This document shows, piece after piece, positions 43,248 through 51,570 of a DNA stretch of 53,411 bases (position 1 is the stretch's first letter; the number at the start of each line of letters is the position of its first letter). The stretch comes from Candidatus Moraniibacteriota bacterium. GTDB lineage: Bacteria > Patescibacteriota > Minisyncoccia > Moranbacterales > GWC2-37-73. The notes beneath the pieces were generated by a model. That model did no database searches. It was not told the DNA's origin and saw nothing but the letters and a program-made list of their open reading frames with translations. The stretch covers positions 1 through 53,411 of the forward strand of contig JBBQCF010000001.1 in assembly GCA_038318455.1 (NCBI GenBank), written 5' to 3'. A program made the position numbers and the translations under genes.

Positions 43248-44924
43248 TTATTCTTTGATAGATTTTTTATTTACACCAACAAGCCACGTTCTTCCGTGAA
43301 TCCAATCACTGATAATAACCTTGAGCATTGTTCTGGTTATTACAACAGCTGTAAACATTGAAACCACCACACCGATAAACAAAGCTGCTGCAAAACCTTT
43401 CACGAAGCCTGTTCCCATTAAATATAGAATTCCAGCTGTCAGCAAAGAGGAGATGTTTCCATCTCTAATCGATGTCCAAGCACGTTTGAAGCCCTCTTCA
43501 AGAGAATTGGCAATTGTTCTTCCGCCTCTAATCTCCTCTTTAGTCCTTTCAAAAATAAGAATATTAGCATCAACAGCCATACCGATTGAAAGCACAAATC
43601 CAGCAATACCAGAAAGTGTCAACGTTATTCCAGTTAGTTTAAAAATAGCTACCATTAATACAGTATAGATAAGTAAGGCAATCGAGGCCACCAATCCTAA
43701 GAATCGATAAAAAATAAGCATGAAAACAACCACGGCAGCAAGGCCGATTGCTCCAGCCATTAAAATACTCTTTAATGAATCAGCACCAAGCGTTGCCTCC
43801 ACGCTTTGTTGGCCAACCAACGTCAGTGGCACTGGAAGCGCACCCTGATTGAGTCTGTCAGCGATATCCTTAGCCTCTTTGAAAGTATAACCACCAGTAA
43901 TGACTGCTTGACCGTTTGTTATTTCAACTTGCACAGTTGGTGCAATTTGGAGCTCCCCATCCAAGAAAATTGCAATTTGTTTTCCAAGATTTTTCTTTGT
44001 TAGATCAGCAAAAAGCTTAGTTCCCTCATCATCAAACTGAAGCGCAACTTCTGGCTCGCCCAATCCTTGTCCATTTGAATATTGTGCAGCAGCACTTTTC
44101 AAGTTCTTTCCCGTAAGTCCCGTAGCTTGATATTTGAATTGGTCATATTGATAAGGATCTTTTATTGCAAAAGCAATCATTGCAACATGAACTTTTCCCT
44201 CATTATCACCACTGCCATTTTCAACAAATTTTATTATAAAAAGACCACGATCAGTTTCTACCAGATCAGCATTAATCTCTCCCGATTTCAACTTACCGCC
44301 AAAAGCAACTTCATCAAATGCAGTGCCGTAATCGCTCGGTTTAGATATGAAACTCAAATCACCACCATTATCTTTTGATGCTGTGTCCTCACTATTATCC
44401 TTAGCTAATTGTGCAAAATCTCCACCTTTTTTAACTTCGTCTAGAATTTTTTGAGCCTTTTCTTTGGATTGAGTGTTCAGTTGATCAAACATCTGCTGAA
44501 TTTCTTGAGAAACTGGCCCTACCTCCTTAAATTCCAAAAGTGGAGCATCTTTTATTTTTGATTTAGCTTCTTCAATGTCCTTAATTCCTGGAAGTTCAAC
44601 CACGATTCGATTCTCATTTCCACTCTTTGAAACTTGCACCAACGGCTCACCAACACCAAAAGCATTTACGCGTCTCTCAATGACTGTTTGAGCTCCCTGC
44701 ATAGCCTCTGCCACTTTCGATACCTCTATATTAGAAACATCAGCCTTGTATTCCAAGTGAAATCCTCCTTGCAAATCAAGACCAAGATTAAGCTTGGCTT
44801 TGTTGAAAAAATTATAAGCAGCAGGAATTTTACTTACAACCTGCGGATATGAAAACAATCCGCAAACCACTGCTAATAAAACAATGCCTGCGAACTTTAA
44901 TTGTAATTTTTGCTTTATATTCAT
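43248..44924 (-). CDS. secD: Protein translocase subunit SecD with an inserted parvulin-like domain
   Basis: It is 558 aa. It contains LGLDLQGG, the ...LEFKEV and ...IFLDGELQIAPTVQ P1-base motifs and a C-terminal TM bundle. Residues about 153-236 resemble a PpiC-type PPIase. Confidence 0.92.
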   Translation of the reverse strand: MNIKQKLQLKFAGIVLLAVVCGLFSYPQVVSKIPAAYNFFNKAKLNLGLDLQGGFHLEYKADVSNIEVSKVAEAMQGAQTVIERRVNAFGVGEPLVQVSKSGNENRIVVELPGIKDIEEAKSKIKDAPLLEFKEVGPVSQEIQQMFDQLNTQSKEKAQKILDEVKKGGDFAQLAKDNSEDTASKDNGGDLSFISKPSDYGTAFDEVAFGGKLKSGEINADLVETDRGLFIIKFVENGSGDNEGKVHVAMIAFAIKDPYQYDQFKYQATGLTGKNLKSAAAQYSNGQGLGEPEVALQFDDEGTKLFADLTKKNLGKQIAIFLDGELQIAPTVQVEITNGQAVITGGYTFKEAKDIADRLNQGALPVPLTLVGQQSVEATLGADSLKSILMAGAIGLAAVVVFMLIFYRFLGLVASIALLIYTVLMVAIFKLTGITLTLSGIAGFVLSIGMAVDANILIFERTKEEIRGGRTIANSLEEGFKRAWTSIRDGNISSLLTAGILYLMGTGFVKGFAAALFIGVVVSMFTAVVITRTMLKVIISDWIHGRTWLVGVNKKSIKE

Positions 44925-45099
44925 CCAGTAGTAGAAATTCGAATGGGCTTTGCCCGCAAAAATTTCGCTATATTATTTAATCTTGTTTTTATTTATTATT
45001 TACAATATTCCAATTAGTTATGATATTCTTTCAAATTCTCACTACTGGATTCATGTTCTCCATTTTATAGTATAAAAAATAAAAACGCAATATTAAGGG

Positions 45100-45126
45100 A
45101 AATGGGTTCACGATGTGAACCCATTT
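45100..45126 (-). terminator. Strong hairpin downstream of 45138..45476 (terminator-like, no clean T tract)
   Basis: The 12-bp perfect stem aaatgggttcac/gtgaacccattt has a 3-nt loop. Confidence 0.4.
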
Positions 45127-45137
45127 ATAAAACAATA

Positions 45138-45476
45138 CTATGTCTCAACTATTTCAGGGAAAAATGAGAGACATGATGGCACTGCTTGAACAACAAATCC
45201 AGTTTTTTCAAGACAAACGCATAAATCATTCATTCCGCTAGCCTGCGAACCTCCATGACCGCCAAAAACGAGAATAAAAGGTTTTTTTTCACTGCCAATT
45301 ATGCGCAGACTATTACTTCTTCTTGTAATAACAATCAATTTAGTTCTTGGAAGACTAATTTCATCCAAACATTGATTTATTTTGTCATTACAGTCTTCAA
45401 CACAAAAAGGCGTAAAAACAAAAAGACTTATAACGCCTTTGCCTTTTTTCTTTTTCTTGTCATCACACTTTGACAT
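45138..45476 (-). CDS. Hypothetical protein
   Basis: This is a 112-aa ORF with RBS gggaggt 3 nt upstream. Confidence 0.6.
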   Translation of the reverse strand: MSKCDDKKKKKGKGVISLFVFTPFCVEDCNDKINQCLDEISLPRTKLIVITRRSNSLRIIGSEKKPFILVFGGHGGSQASGMNDLCVCLEKTGFVVQAVPSCLSFFPEIVET

Positions 45477-45573
45477 ACTACCTCCCTTTATTTTTGATTT
45501 GCATTAAGAACTACTCTTACAAACAGCATAAAACAGAATATCTGTTTTGACAAATATTATAATATTAAGAATT

Positions 45574-46044
45574 TTAAATATTATTTTTCAATCCGAGTTT
45601 TTTGGCAACTTCTTTAATGATACCTTTTGAACCATCATTTATTAGGCGCGCATAAACTTCTTCAAATGTAAGCCATTCATAAGCTTTGTTTTCAAAATCA
45701 ATCCTGACTTCACCACTCTCCGTTTGAGCTGCATAGTACACTGCGTTTTTGAAAATATAAATCCCTTTATTTTGCAAAATTCGCTCTTTTTTTTCATTGC
45801 CCTTGGCAGTATAAAAATAGTGCACAGACTCACGAAAATCAGGCAGAATTTTAAGCTCACTAATACCAGTCTCTTCCAGAACTTCTCGCCTAAGTGTCTG
45901 CTCTTCAGTTTCGTCTTTTTCCATGTGACCCTTGGGGAAATCCCATTGCCAAGAGCGATATTGCACCAACAGAAACAATGTCTGGTCTTTCGTTTTTCGA
46001 TATATAACACAACCTACTGATTTTTCAAATGATAAATATTTCAT
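45574..46044 (-). CDS. Nudix hydrolase
   Basis: The Nudix box is GHMEKDETEEQTLRREVLEETGI (Gx5Ex7REUxEExGU). Confidence 0.9.
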   Translation of the reverse strand: MKYLSFEKSVGCVIYRKTKDQTLFLLVQYRSWQWDFPKGHMEKDETEEQTLRREVLEETGISELKILPDFRESVHYFYTAKGNEKKERILQNKGIYIFKNAVYYAAQTESGEVRIDFENKAYEWLTFEEVYARLINDGSKGIIKEVAKKLGLKNNI

Positions 46045-46249
46045 CTTTTAATATTTTTGAGGATTACAAACATTTTTTATTTTCACAATGTCATTATACC
46101 ACTTAAAATGAAAAACTCCACAGCATTTAGCTTTGGAGTTCTTCATTTTTTGTAAAAATTGCTATTAGCTTTTTTCACAAAAATATTTTACTCTTTGCGC
46201 ATTATTATGCCGCAAAGAATAATACAAAAAAATCAAATGTTTATTTCCT

Positions 46250-48898
46250 TTATATATCTTTCCCGCAACATTTTTTGTATTTTTTTCCAGAATTGCAAGG
46301 GCAAGGGTCATTTCGACCAATATTATCTTTATTTATAATGGTTTTTTGCACAGCAGGAGCGTTTCCACTGGCAGATTCCTCTTGAGCACCAGAGAATTGA
46401 GCAGCATTATCCTCGGCCCCATGAAATTGGATATTCTTAGGTGCTACTTGAACTTGCGCTTGAGGTGCTGCTGAAACCATTGAAATTTTGAAAATAGTTC
46501 TAACTGTCGTTGCGCGCATATTCTCCATTAAGTGCGAAAACATATGAAAAGCCTCTCGCTTATATTCAATAAGAGGATCGCGCTGTCCATAACCACGTAG
46601 GCCAATACCCTGACGTAAATAATCAATTTCATCCAAATGATTCATCCAAAGAGTGTCGATTGTTTGCAAAATGATTGCTTTTTCGATTTGTCTCATTGTC
46701 TCGACACCAATTTCTGTTTCTTTTTGAATATATGCCTCCTTGGCTTTGCCCATGACATATTCCAGCATAAGTGAAATTTTTTCAGCTGTATTTTTTGATT
46801 TATCATCCCTAATTTGCTCTAATTTCTTTTTGTCTTGCTCGGAAAATGCAAAGATATTTTGCAGTTCTGTAACAATTATCTCGATATCCCATTCATATTC
46901 CTCACCAGTACAATGCACTGAAATATTGCGCTCGATTTCTTCTTCCACATAATGCATAATTTCAGCCCTAACATCGCTAGCAGCCAAAATCTCTTTACGC
47001 TTCTTGTACACAACCTCGCGCTGTTTGTTCATCACATCATCATAATCAAGCACGTGCTTACGAGTATCAAAATTGTAGCCCTCAATTTTTGATTGAGCAC
47101 TTTCAATGGTGCGTGAAATGATGGCATTTTGAATTGGCTGATCTTCAGGTAGTCCAAGTGTATCCATCATATTCTTAAGTCTGTCTCCACCAAATCTGCG
47201 CATCAGCTCATCCTCCAAGGAAACATAGAACTGTGAAGCTCCCGGATCACCTTGACGACCAGCGCGACCTCTCAACTGATTGTCGATGCGACGAGCTTCA
47301 TGGCGTTCAGTTCCAATGATATATAGACCGCCAACTTCCCTGACACCTTCTCCTAATTTGATGTCAGTTCCTCGTCCTGCCATGTTGGTGGCAATCGTCA
47401 CTGCACCAAGTTGTCCAGCACCAGCAATAATAGCAGCTTCTCTTTCATGCTGTTTAGCATTAAGAACTTCGTGTTTGATTCCTTCTCGGGTTAAAAGCGC
47501 ACTCAAATATTCAGATTTTTCAATTGCGATTGTTCCCACCAAAAAAGGTTGTCCCGCCAAATGCGCTTCCTTGATCGTCTCAACAATAGCATCAAATTTT
47601 CCTTTTTCAGTTTTATATACAACATCAGCCAAATCTTTGCGAACCAAGATTTTATTCGTTGGGATTTCCATCACATCAATCTTATATACTTTTGAAAATT
47701 CTTCCGCGCTGGTCGAAGCTGTTCCAGTCATTCCAGCCAATTTAGCATACATACGAAAATAATTTTGAAATGTAATAGTGGCCAGCGTGCGAGATTCTTT
47801 TTGCACCTCCACATTCTCTTTAGCTTCAATTGCTTGATGAAGACCGTCACTATAGCGTCTTCCCTCCATGAGCCTTCCAGTAAAGTCATCCACAATGATA
47901 ACTTGTCCGTCCTTAACCACATATTCTTTATCAAGCTTAAACAGAACCTCGGCGCGCAGTGATTGCTCCAAGTGATGAACATAATTTATTTTTCCAAGCT
48001 CATAAATATTTCCGACTCCGAGATCTTTTTCAACTTTAGCAATTCCACTATCAGTCAATGTCACAGCTTTCATTTTTTCATCAACCTCAAAATCTTCCTT
48101 CTCAATAAGGCGTGGCACGATTCCAGCAAAACGTTGATACAATTTTGTTGATTCACTGTCGGGAGCAGAAATAATAAGAGGGGTACGAGCTTCATCAATC
48201 AAAATTGAATCAACTTCATCCACAATTGCATAATTCAATTCTCGCTGACTCATCTGCTCAAAACTTTGCACCATGTTGTCACGCAAATAATCAAAACCGA
48301 ATTCATTATTTGTTCCATAAGTAATGTCGGCATTATAAGCTTCTTTTCTTGAAATTGGTGACAGATTTTCCATCTCAACACTAACTTCATCAGTATCCAT
48401 AACCTGTGGTTCATAGATATATGAAACGTCGTGCATGATACAAGCAGTTGAAAGACCAAGTGCGTGATAAATTGAACCCATCCAATTACAATCACGCTTA
48501 GCCAAATAATCATTCACTGTCACCACATGCACACCTTTGCCAGAAACAGCATTGAGATAAATTGGCAAAGTTGAAGTCAAAGTTTTTCCTTCACCAGTTT
48601 TCATTTCTGTAATCTTTCCTTGATGCAGTGCGATTCCGCCCAACATCTGCACATCAAAATGACGTGTGCCATTGACGCGCTTGGCAACTTCTCTTACCAC
48701 AGCAAATGCTTCCGGCAAAATCTCATCTAATGTTTCACCTTTGCCAACTCTTTCCTTAAATTCCTTGGCTTTACTTTTCAAATCTTCATCGGCAAGCGCA
48801 ATCATTTTTTCTTCCCAAGAATTTATTTTTTCTACAATAGGCTTCAGCTTGTTTACCTCTTTTTCATTTGATCCGAAAATTTTACTGAATAATGTCAT
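46250..48898 (-). CDS. secA: Preprotein translocase ATPase SecA
   Basis: The canonical N-terminus MTLFSKIFGSNEKEVNKL starts at 48898. It has Walker A (MKTGEGKT), a DEAD-like motif (VDEVDS) and the C-terminal zinc motif CPCNSGKKYKKCCG. The track's extra 52 N-terminal codons cover a structured leader. Confidence 0.95.
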   Translation of the reverse strand: MTLFSKIFGSNEKEVNKLKPIVEKINSWEEKMIALADEDLKSKAKEFKERVGKGETLDEILPEAFAVVREVAKRVNGTRHFDVQMLGGIALHQGKITEMKTGEGKTLTSTLPIYLNAVSGKGVHVVTVNDYLAKRDCNWMGSIYHALGLSTACIMHDVSYIYEPQVMDTDEVSVEMENLSPISRKEAYNADITYGTNNEFGFDYLRDNMVQSFEQMSQRELNYAIVDEVDSILIDEARTPLIISAPDSESTKLYQRFAGIVPRLIEKEDFEVDEKMKAVTLTDSGIAKVEKDLGVGNIYELGKINYVHHLEQSLRAEVLFKLDKEYVVKDGQVIIVDDFTGRLMEGRRYSDGLHQAIEAKENVEVQKESRTLATITFQNYFRMYAKLAGMTGTASTSAEEFSKVYKIDVMEIPTNKILVRKDLADVVYKTEKGKFDAIVETIKEAHLAGQPFLVGTIAIEKSEYLSALLTREGIKHEVLNAKQHEREAAIIAGAGQLGAVTIATNMAGRGTDIKLGEGVREVGGLYIIGTERHEARRIDNQLRGRAGRQGDPGASQFYVSLEDELMRRFGGDRLKNMMDTLGLPEDQPIQNAIISRTIESAQSKIEGYNFDTRKHVLDYDDVMNKQREVVYKKRKEILAASDVRAEIMHYVEEEIERNISVHCTGEEYEWDIEIIVTELQNIFAFSEQDKKKLEQIRDDKSKNTAEKISLMLEYVMGKAKEAYIQKETEIGVETMRQIEKAIILQTIDTLWMNHLDEIDYLRQGIGLRGYGQRDPLIEYKREAFHMFSHLMENMRATTVRTIFKISMVSAAPQAQVQVAPKNIQFHGAEDNAAQFSGAQEESASGNAPAVQKTIINKDNIGRNDPCPCNSGKKYKKCCGKDI

Positions 48899-48971
48899 AA
48901 ATATAAGTTTTAAAGTTTTAAATTTTATCAAGCAATAGTCGTGCATATCTAACACTAATAATTCATACGCG

Positions 48972-49090
48972 TAATAACTTTCAGATATTTTCTTTTGTGG
49001 CCAATTAGTTGCGACAGCAACTCTTGAGCTTTTGAATATTATGTATTTATTCAAAAGCGTGCCAAAAAAGGAAGTATCTGAAAGTTATTA
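48972..49090. ncRNA. Structured element copy B in the secA 5' leader region, homologous to 4478-4588
   Basis: The closing stem pairs 48972-49001 with 49061-49090, with 16 perfect distal bp. One hairpin is gttgc-gaca-gcaac. The other is gcttttgaat(11 nt)attcaaaagc. Confidence 0.45.
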
Positions 49091-49117
49091 AAATACCATC
49101 ACTTTATTTCTTCAATC

Positions 49118-49146
49118 ATTCTACATCAAAAAAAACCCTACGTAAA
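49118..49146 (-). promoter_or_regulatory. Putative secA promoter
   Basis: The minus strand reads TTTACG-N17-TAGAAT, about 30 nt upstream of element B. Confidence 0.35.
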
Positions 49147-49171
49147 GCGAAAATTTGCACATATAAAATAC

Positions 49172-49200
49172 TTGACAAAATGGTAAAAAAGGAGTATAAT
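49172..49200 (+). promoter_or_regulatory. Consensus sigma-70 promoter for 49269..49733
   Basis: It reads TTGACA-N17-TATAAT. Confidence 0.7.
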
Positions 49201-49268
49201 AGATAGTTACAGTATTTTAGTGCTGTAACATATCCCATGCCTCAAAGAGGCACCAAAAGGAGTAGTTC

Positions 49269-49733
49269 ATGAAAAATTTAATGGTAGCAATTATGATGGC
49301 AGCGTTGTTTTCGGTTTTGGCTGCAGGATTAGCCTTGGCCGCTGAACCTTGCCCACCTGGCATGGCTTGTAGTGAAAACTATGAGATGAGAATTCCACAA
49401 ACTGCCAAGCAGCCCGTCATTAAAGACGGTGGCGACACAGCAGCAACAGTCGCTGCCTATCAAAAGGCAGTAGCCGAGGCTCGAGAGCGCGACCTCGACA
49501 AAACTGTCCTATACATCAAAACCTCCCAGACTGACACTTGTCTTTACTGGGAACTCGACCGCAAGGTTGATGAGTTGCTCATGAAAGACCCTACGGTCAT
49601 CATTGACCGCAAGGAATTTCTGGCACCAGCTTTTTCCATCGAAAAAATAAGTAGGTACGACGGAAAAAGTTACAACAAATGCACCGTCACGCTAGTGGTG
49701 CACTATCACAAAACAGGAGGTGACGAGAAATAA
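49269..49733 (+). CDS. Hypothetical secreted protein
   Basis: It is 154 aa with RBS aaaggag and a signal peptide ...LAAGLALAAEP. It is relatively GC-rich. Confidence 0.7.
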   Translation: MKNLMVAIMMAALFSVLAAGLALAAEPCPPGMACSENYEMRIPQTAKQPVIKDGGDTAATVAAYQKAVAEARERDLDKTVLYIKTSQTDTCLYWELDRKVDELLMKDPTVIIDRKEFLAPAFSIEKISRYDGKSYNKCTVTLVVHYHKTGGDEK

Positions 49734-49757
49734 AAAAAGTAGCCAGCGAGCTACACA

Positions 49758-49788
49758 AAAAGCGATTCAATTTGAATCGCTTTTTTTC
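49758..49788 (+). terminator. Rho-independent terminator
   Basis: The stem aagcgattcaa/ttgaatcgctt is followed by ttttttt. Confidence 0.75.
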
Positions 49789-49803
49789 ATATCTTGAAGA
49801 AAT

Positions 49804-49836
49804 TTAAAAAACCCGACATCGTTAGATGTCGGGTTT
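49804..49836 (-). terminator. Rho-independent terminator of the 49856..50671 gene
   Basis: The stem aacccgacatc/gatgtcgggtt has a T-run on the minus strand. Confidence 0.7.
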
Positions 49837-49855
49837 AGATTATTACAATATTCCC

Positions 49856-50671
49856 CTATTCTCCAGGGAATTTAACTACCACGCTTGCCAATCCAACTGG
49901 CTGATATGCAAATGTGATCTCACTCTCGCTGACTATAGCATTAAGCAATTGCGTGCTATCGATGCCGAGAGACTGTGTGATCGCCGCGCCAGAATTGTCT
50001 TTAATAGTGACAAAAACTTTTGGCGGCATTCCTGGGTAGATTTGCATGCCGGCAACGAAATGCAACGCACTTGTTGTGTCAACAAATGCCCAATAATCAG
50101 CATCTTGACACTGATCCCCAACAACATAATCCACTTGATAGCTCGCGCCATCTCCGTTGGATGATTTGTCAAAAGAACCAACCATTCCAGTGATGGCAAA
50201 ATTTACCAAAACTGGATTCATGTCCAGATTGACTGTCATGACAGCCTCTTTTTCCGCAGTGATCATTTTGGTATCACTGTATCCAGAAAAAAGTTCAATT
50301 CCATCACTGTCCATGCAGGACAGCGTAAACCAATAGGCACTGCCGGCTGGAAGATTTAATTCCGCCTTAAGTGCACCATCTACAACTGGAAAATCTTGCC
50401 TTGGCAAAGAGATTCCATCTTCAGTATAGGTCTCAATGCTCACAGCCCTAACCTTGGTCTTCTGTTTGGCCACCACATTGGCCATGGTCGCATTTAGCGT
50501 TCCGCCATGAACCGTCTTGGCTGCATCTTTGCTTGCAAATTGAATTGCAAACACAACTTTGCCAGTGCTGACATTTGCGCCCAATCCTGGATTTGGTGAG
50601 GAACCATTCGTTCCGCAACCAACCAAACCAACAAACAACATCATGGCCAATACAATCATCATCTTTTTCAT
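49856..50671 (-). CDS. Hypothetical lipoprotein
   Basis: It is 271 aa with RBS ggaggt, a signal peptide and a lipobox (LVGC|G). The sequence looks beta-rich. Confidence 0.75.
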   Translation of the reverse strand: MKKMMIVLAMMLFVGLVGCGTNGSSPNPGLGANVSTGKVVFAIQFASKDAAKTVHGGTLNATMANVVAKQKTKVRAVSIETYTEDGISLPRQDFPVVDGALKAELNLPAGSAYWFTLSCMDSDGIELFSGYSDTKMITAEKEAVMTVNLDMNPVLVNFAITGMVGSFDKSSNGDGASYQVDYVVGDQCQDADYWAFVDTTSALHFVAGMQIYPGMPPKVFVTIKDNSGAAITQSLGIDSTQLLNAIVSESEITFAYQPVGLASVVVKFPGE

Positions 50672-50835
50672 TTGCTACCTCCAAAAACTCTACCAAATTA
50701 ACCGAGGCCATACGGCCAGGGTGTGAATATTTTCTTGAATCGTTTTATTGTCAAAAAACTAATGACCTACAATATTAGCATAAAAACAGCATTTTGTCAA
50801 TGAGAAAATATCTACACTGTTTTTATGCTTCATAT

Positions 50836-50871
50836 AAAGCAAAAAGTCCCAACATCATGAAGGGACTTTTT
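50836..50871 (-). terminator. Terminator downstream of 51022..51552
   Basis: The stem aaagtccc/gggacttt is followed on the minus strand by tttttgctttat. Confidence 0.6.
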
Positions 50872-51021
50872 GCTAAACTCGAGAAATGACTATTTCACAC
50901 TATAATTCATGGAAACCTCCATGATTACTTCAGTTTGATCGTATGTCCCATTGGAAATGGGATTATTTTCATTATTGAAACTCACAGTGCTGTTATTATA
51001 ACCATAATTTCCTTTGCCAAA

Positions 51022-51552
51022 TTAAAATGCTTGCAACACCACCGATCCATCGGTTGCAACGTCTATGCACGTTCCACGCAAGAAAGCTGTTTTTCCGACC
51101 ACTAACATGGTTTTAATTTTATCAACAATCAAACTATCAGTTTTTATGGTTACCTGCACAGGAAATGCAACATCGCCTTCCAAATTTCCCTTAGCATATG
51201 TTCCGCCAACCGGAATGCCCTCTGTGATTTGAACTTTCCAAAGCAATTGAGTGGTTTTGGAAAAAGTTTTAGCCTTACATTCAGTCCACTGCAAACCAGC
51301 TGACGGTTTTGAATTTTCAATGTTTGACTTGGCGCCACCAGTTGAAACTGATGGTTTCTTTTTTAGGGTGGGCAGAGCACTACTATTTTGTTGAGCTGGA
51401 AGTGGTGTCATGGGTTTTACTTGTGCACTTGCTTGAATTGTTTTTGGAGCAACAGGTTCAACTTTTTTATTTTTAACAAACAATAAATATCCCCCACTTA
51501 CAATTCCCAAGAAAATAACCACTCCGATAAAAATTTTCAATACATTGTTCAT
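51022..51552 (-). CDS. Hypothetical membrane-anchored protein
   Basis: It is 176 aa with one N-terminal TM helix, then a P/S/K-rich linker and a globular domain. Confidence 0.65.
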   Translation of the reverse strand: MNNVLKIFIGVVIFLGIVSGGYLLFVKNKKVEPVAPKTIQASAQVKPMTPLPAQQNSSALPTLKKKPSVSTGGAKSNIENSKPSAGLQWTECKAKTFSKTTQLLWKVQITEGIPVGGTYAKGNLEGDVAFPVQVTIKTDSLIVDKIKTMLVVGKTAFLRGTCIDVATDGSVVLQAF

Positions 51553-51570
51553 TTTTTTATTTTTAAATTA

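Noticed and set aside
48899-49054. The 52-codon N-terminal extension of secA in the ORF track.
   Set aside because: The canonical SecA N-terminus (MTLFSKIFG) begins at 48898. The extension overlaps a palindromic structured element and has no SecA homology.
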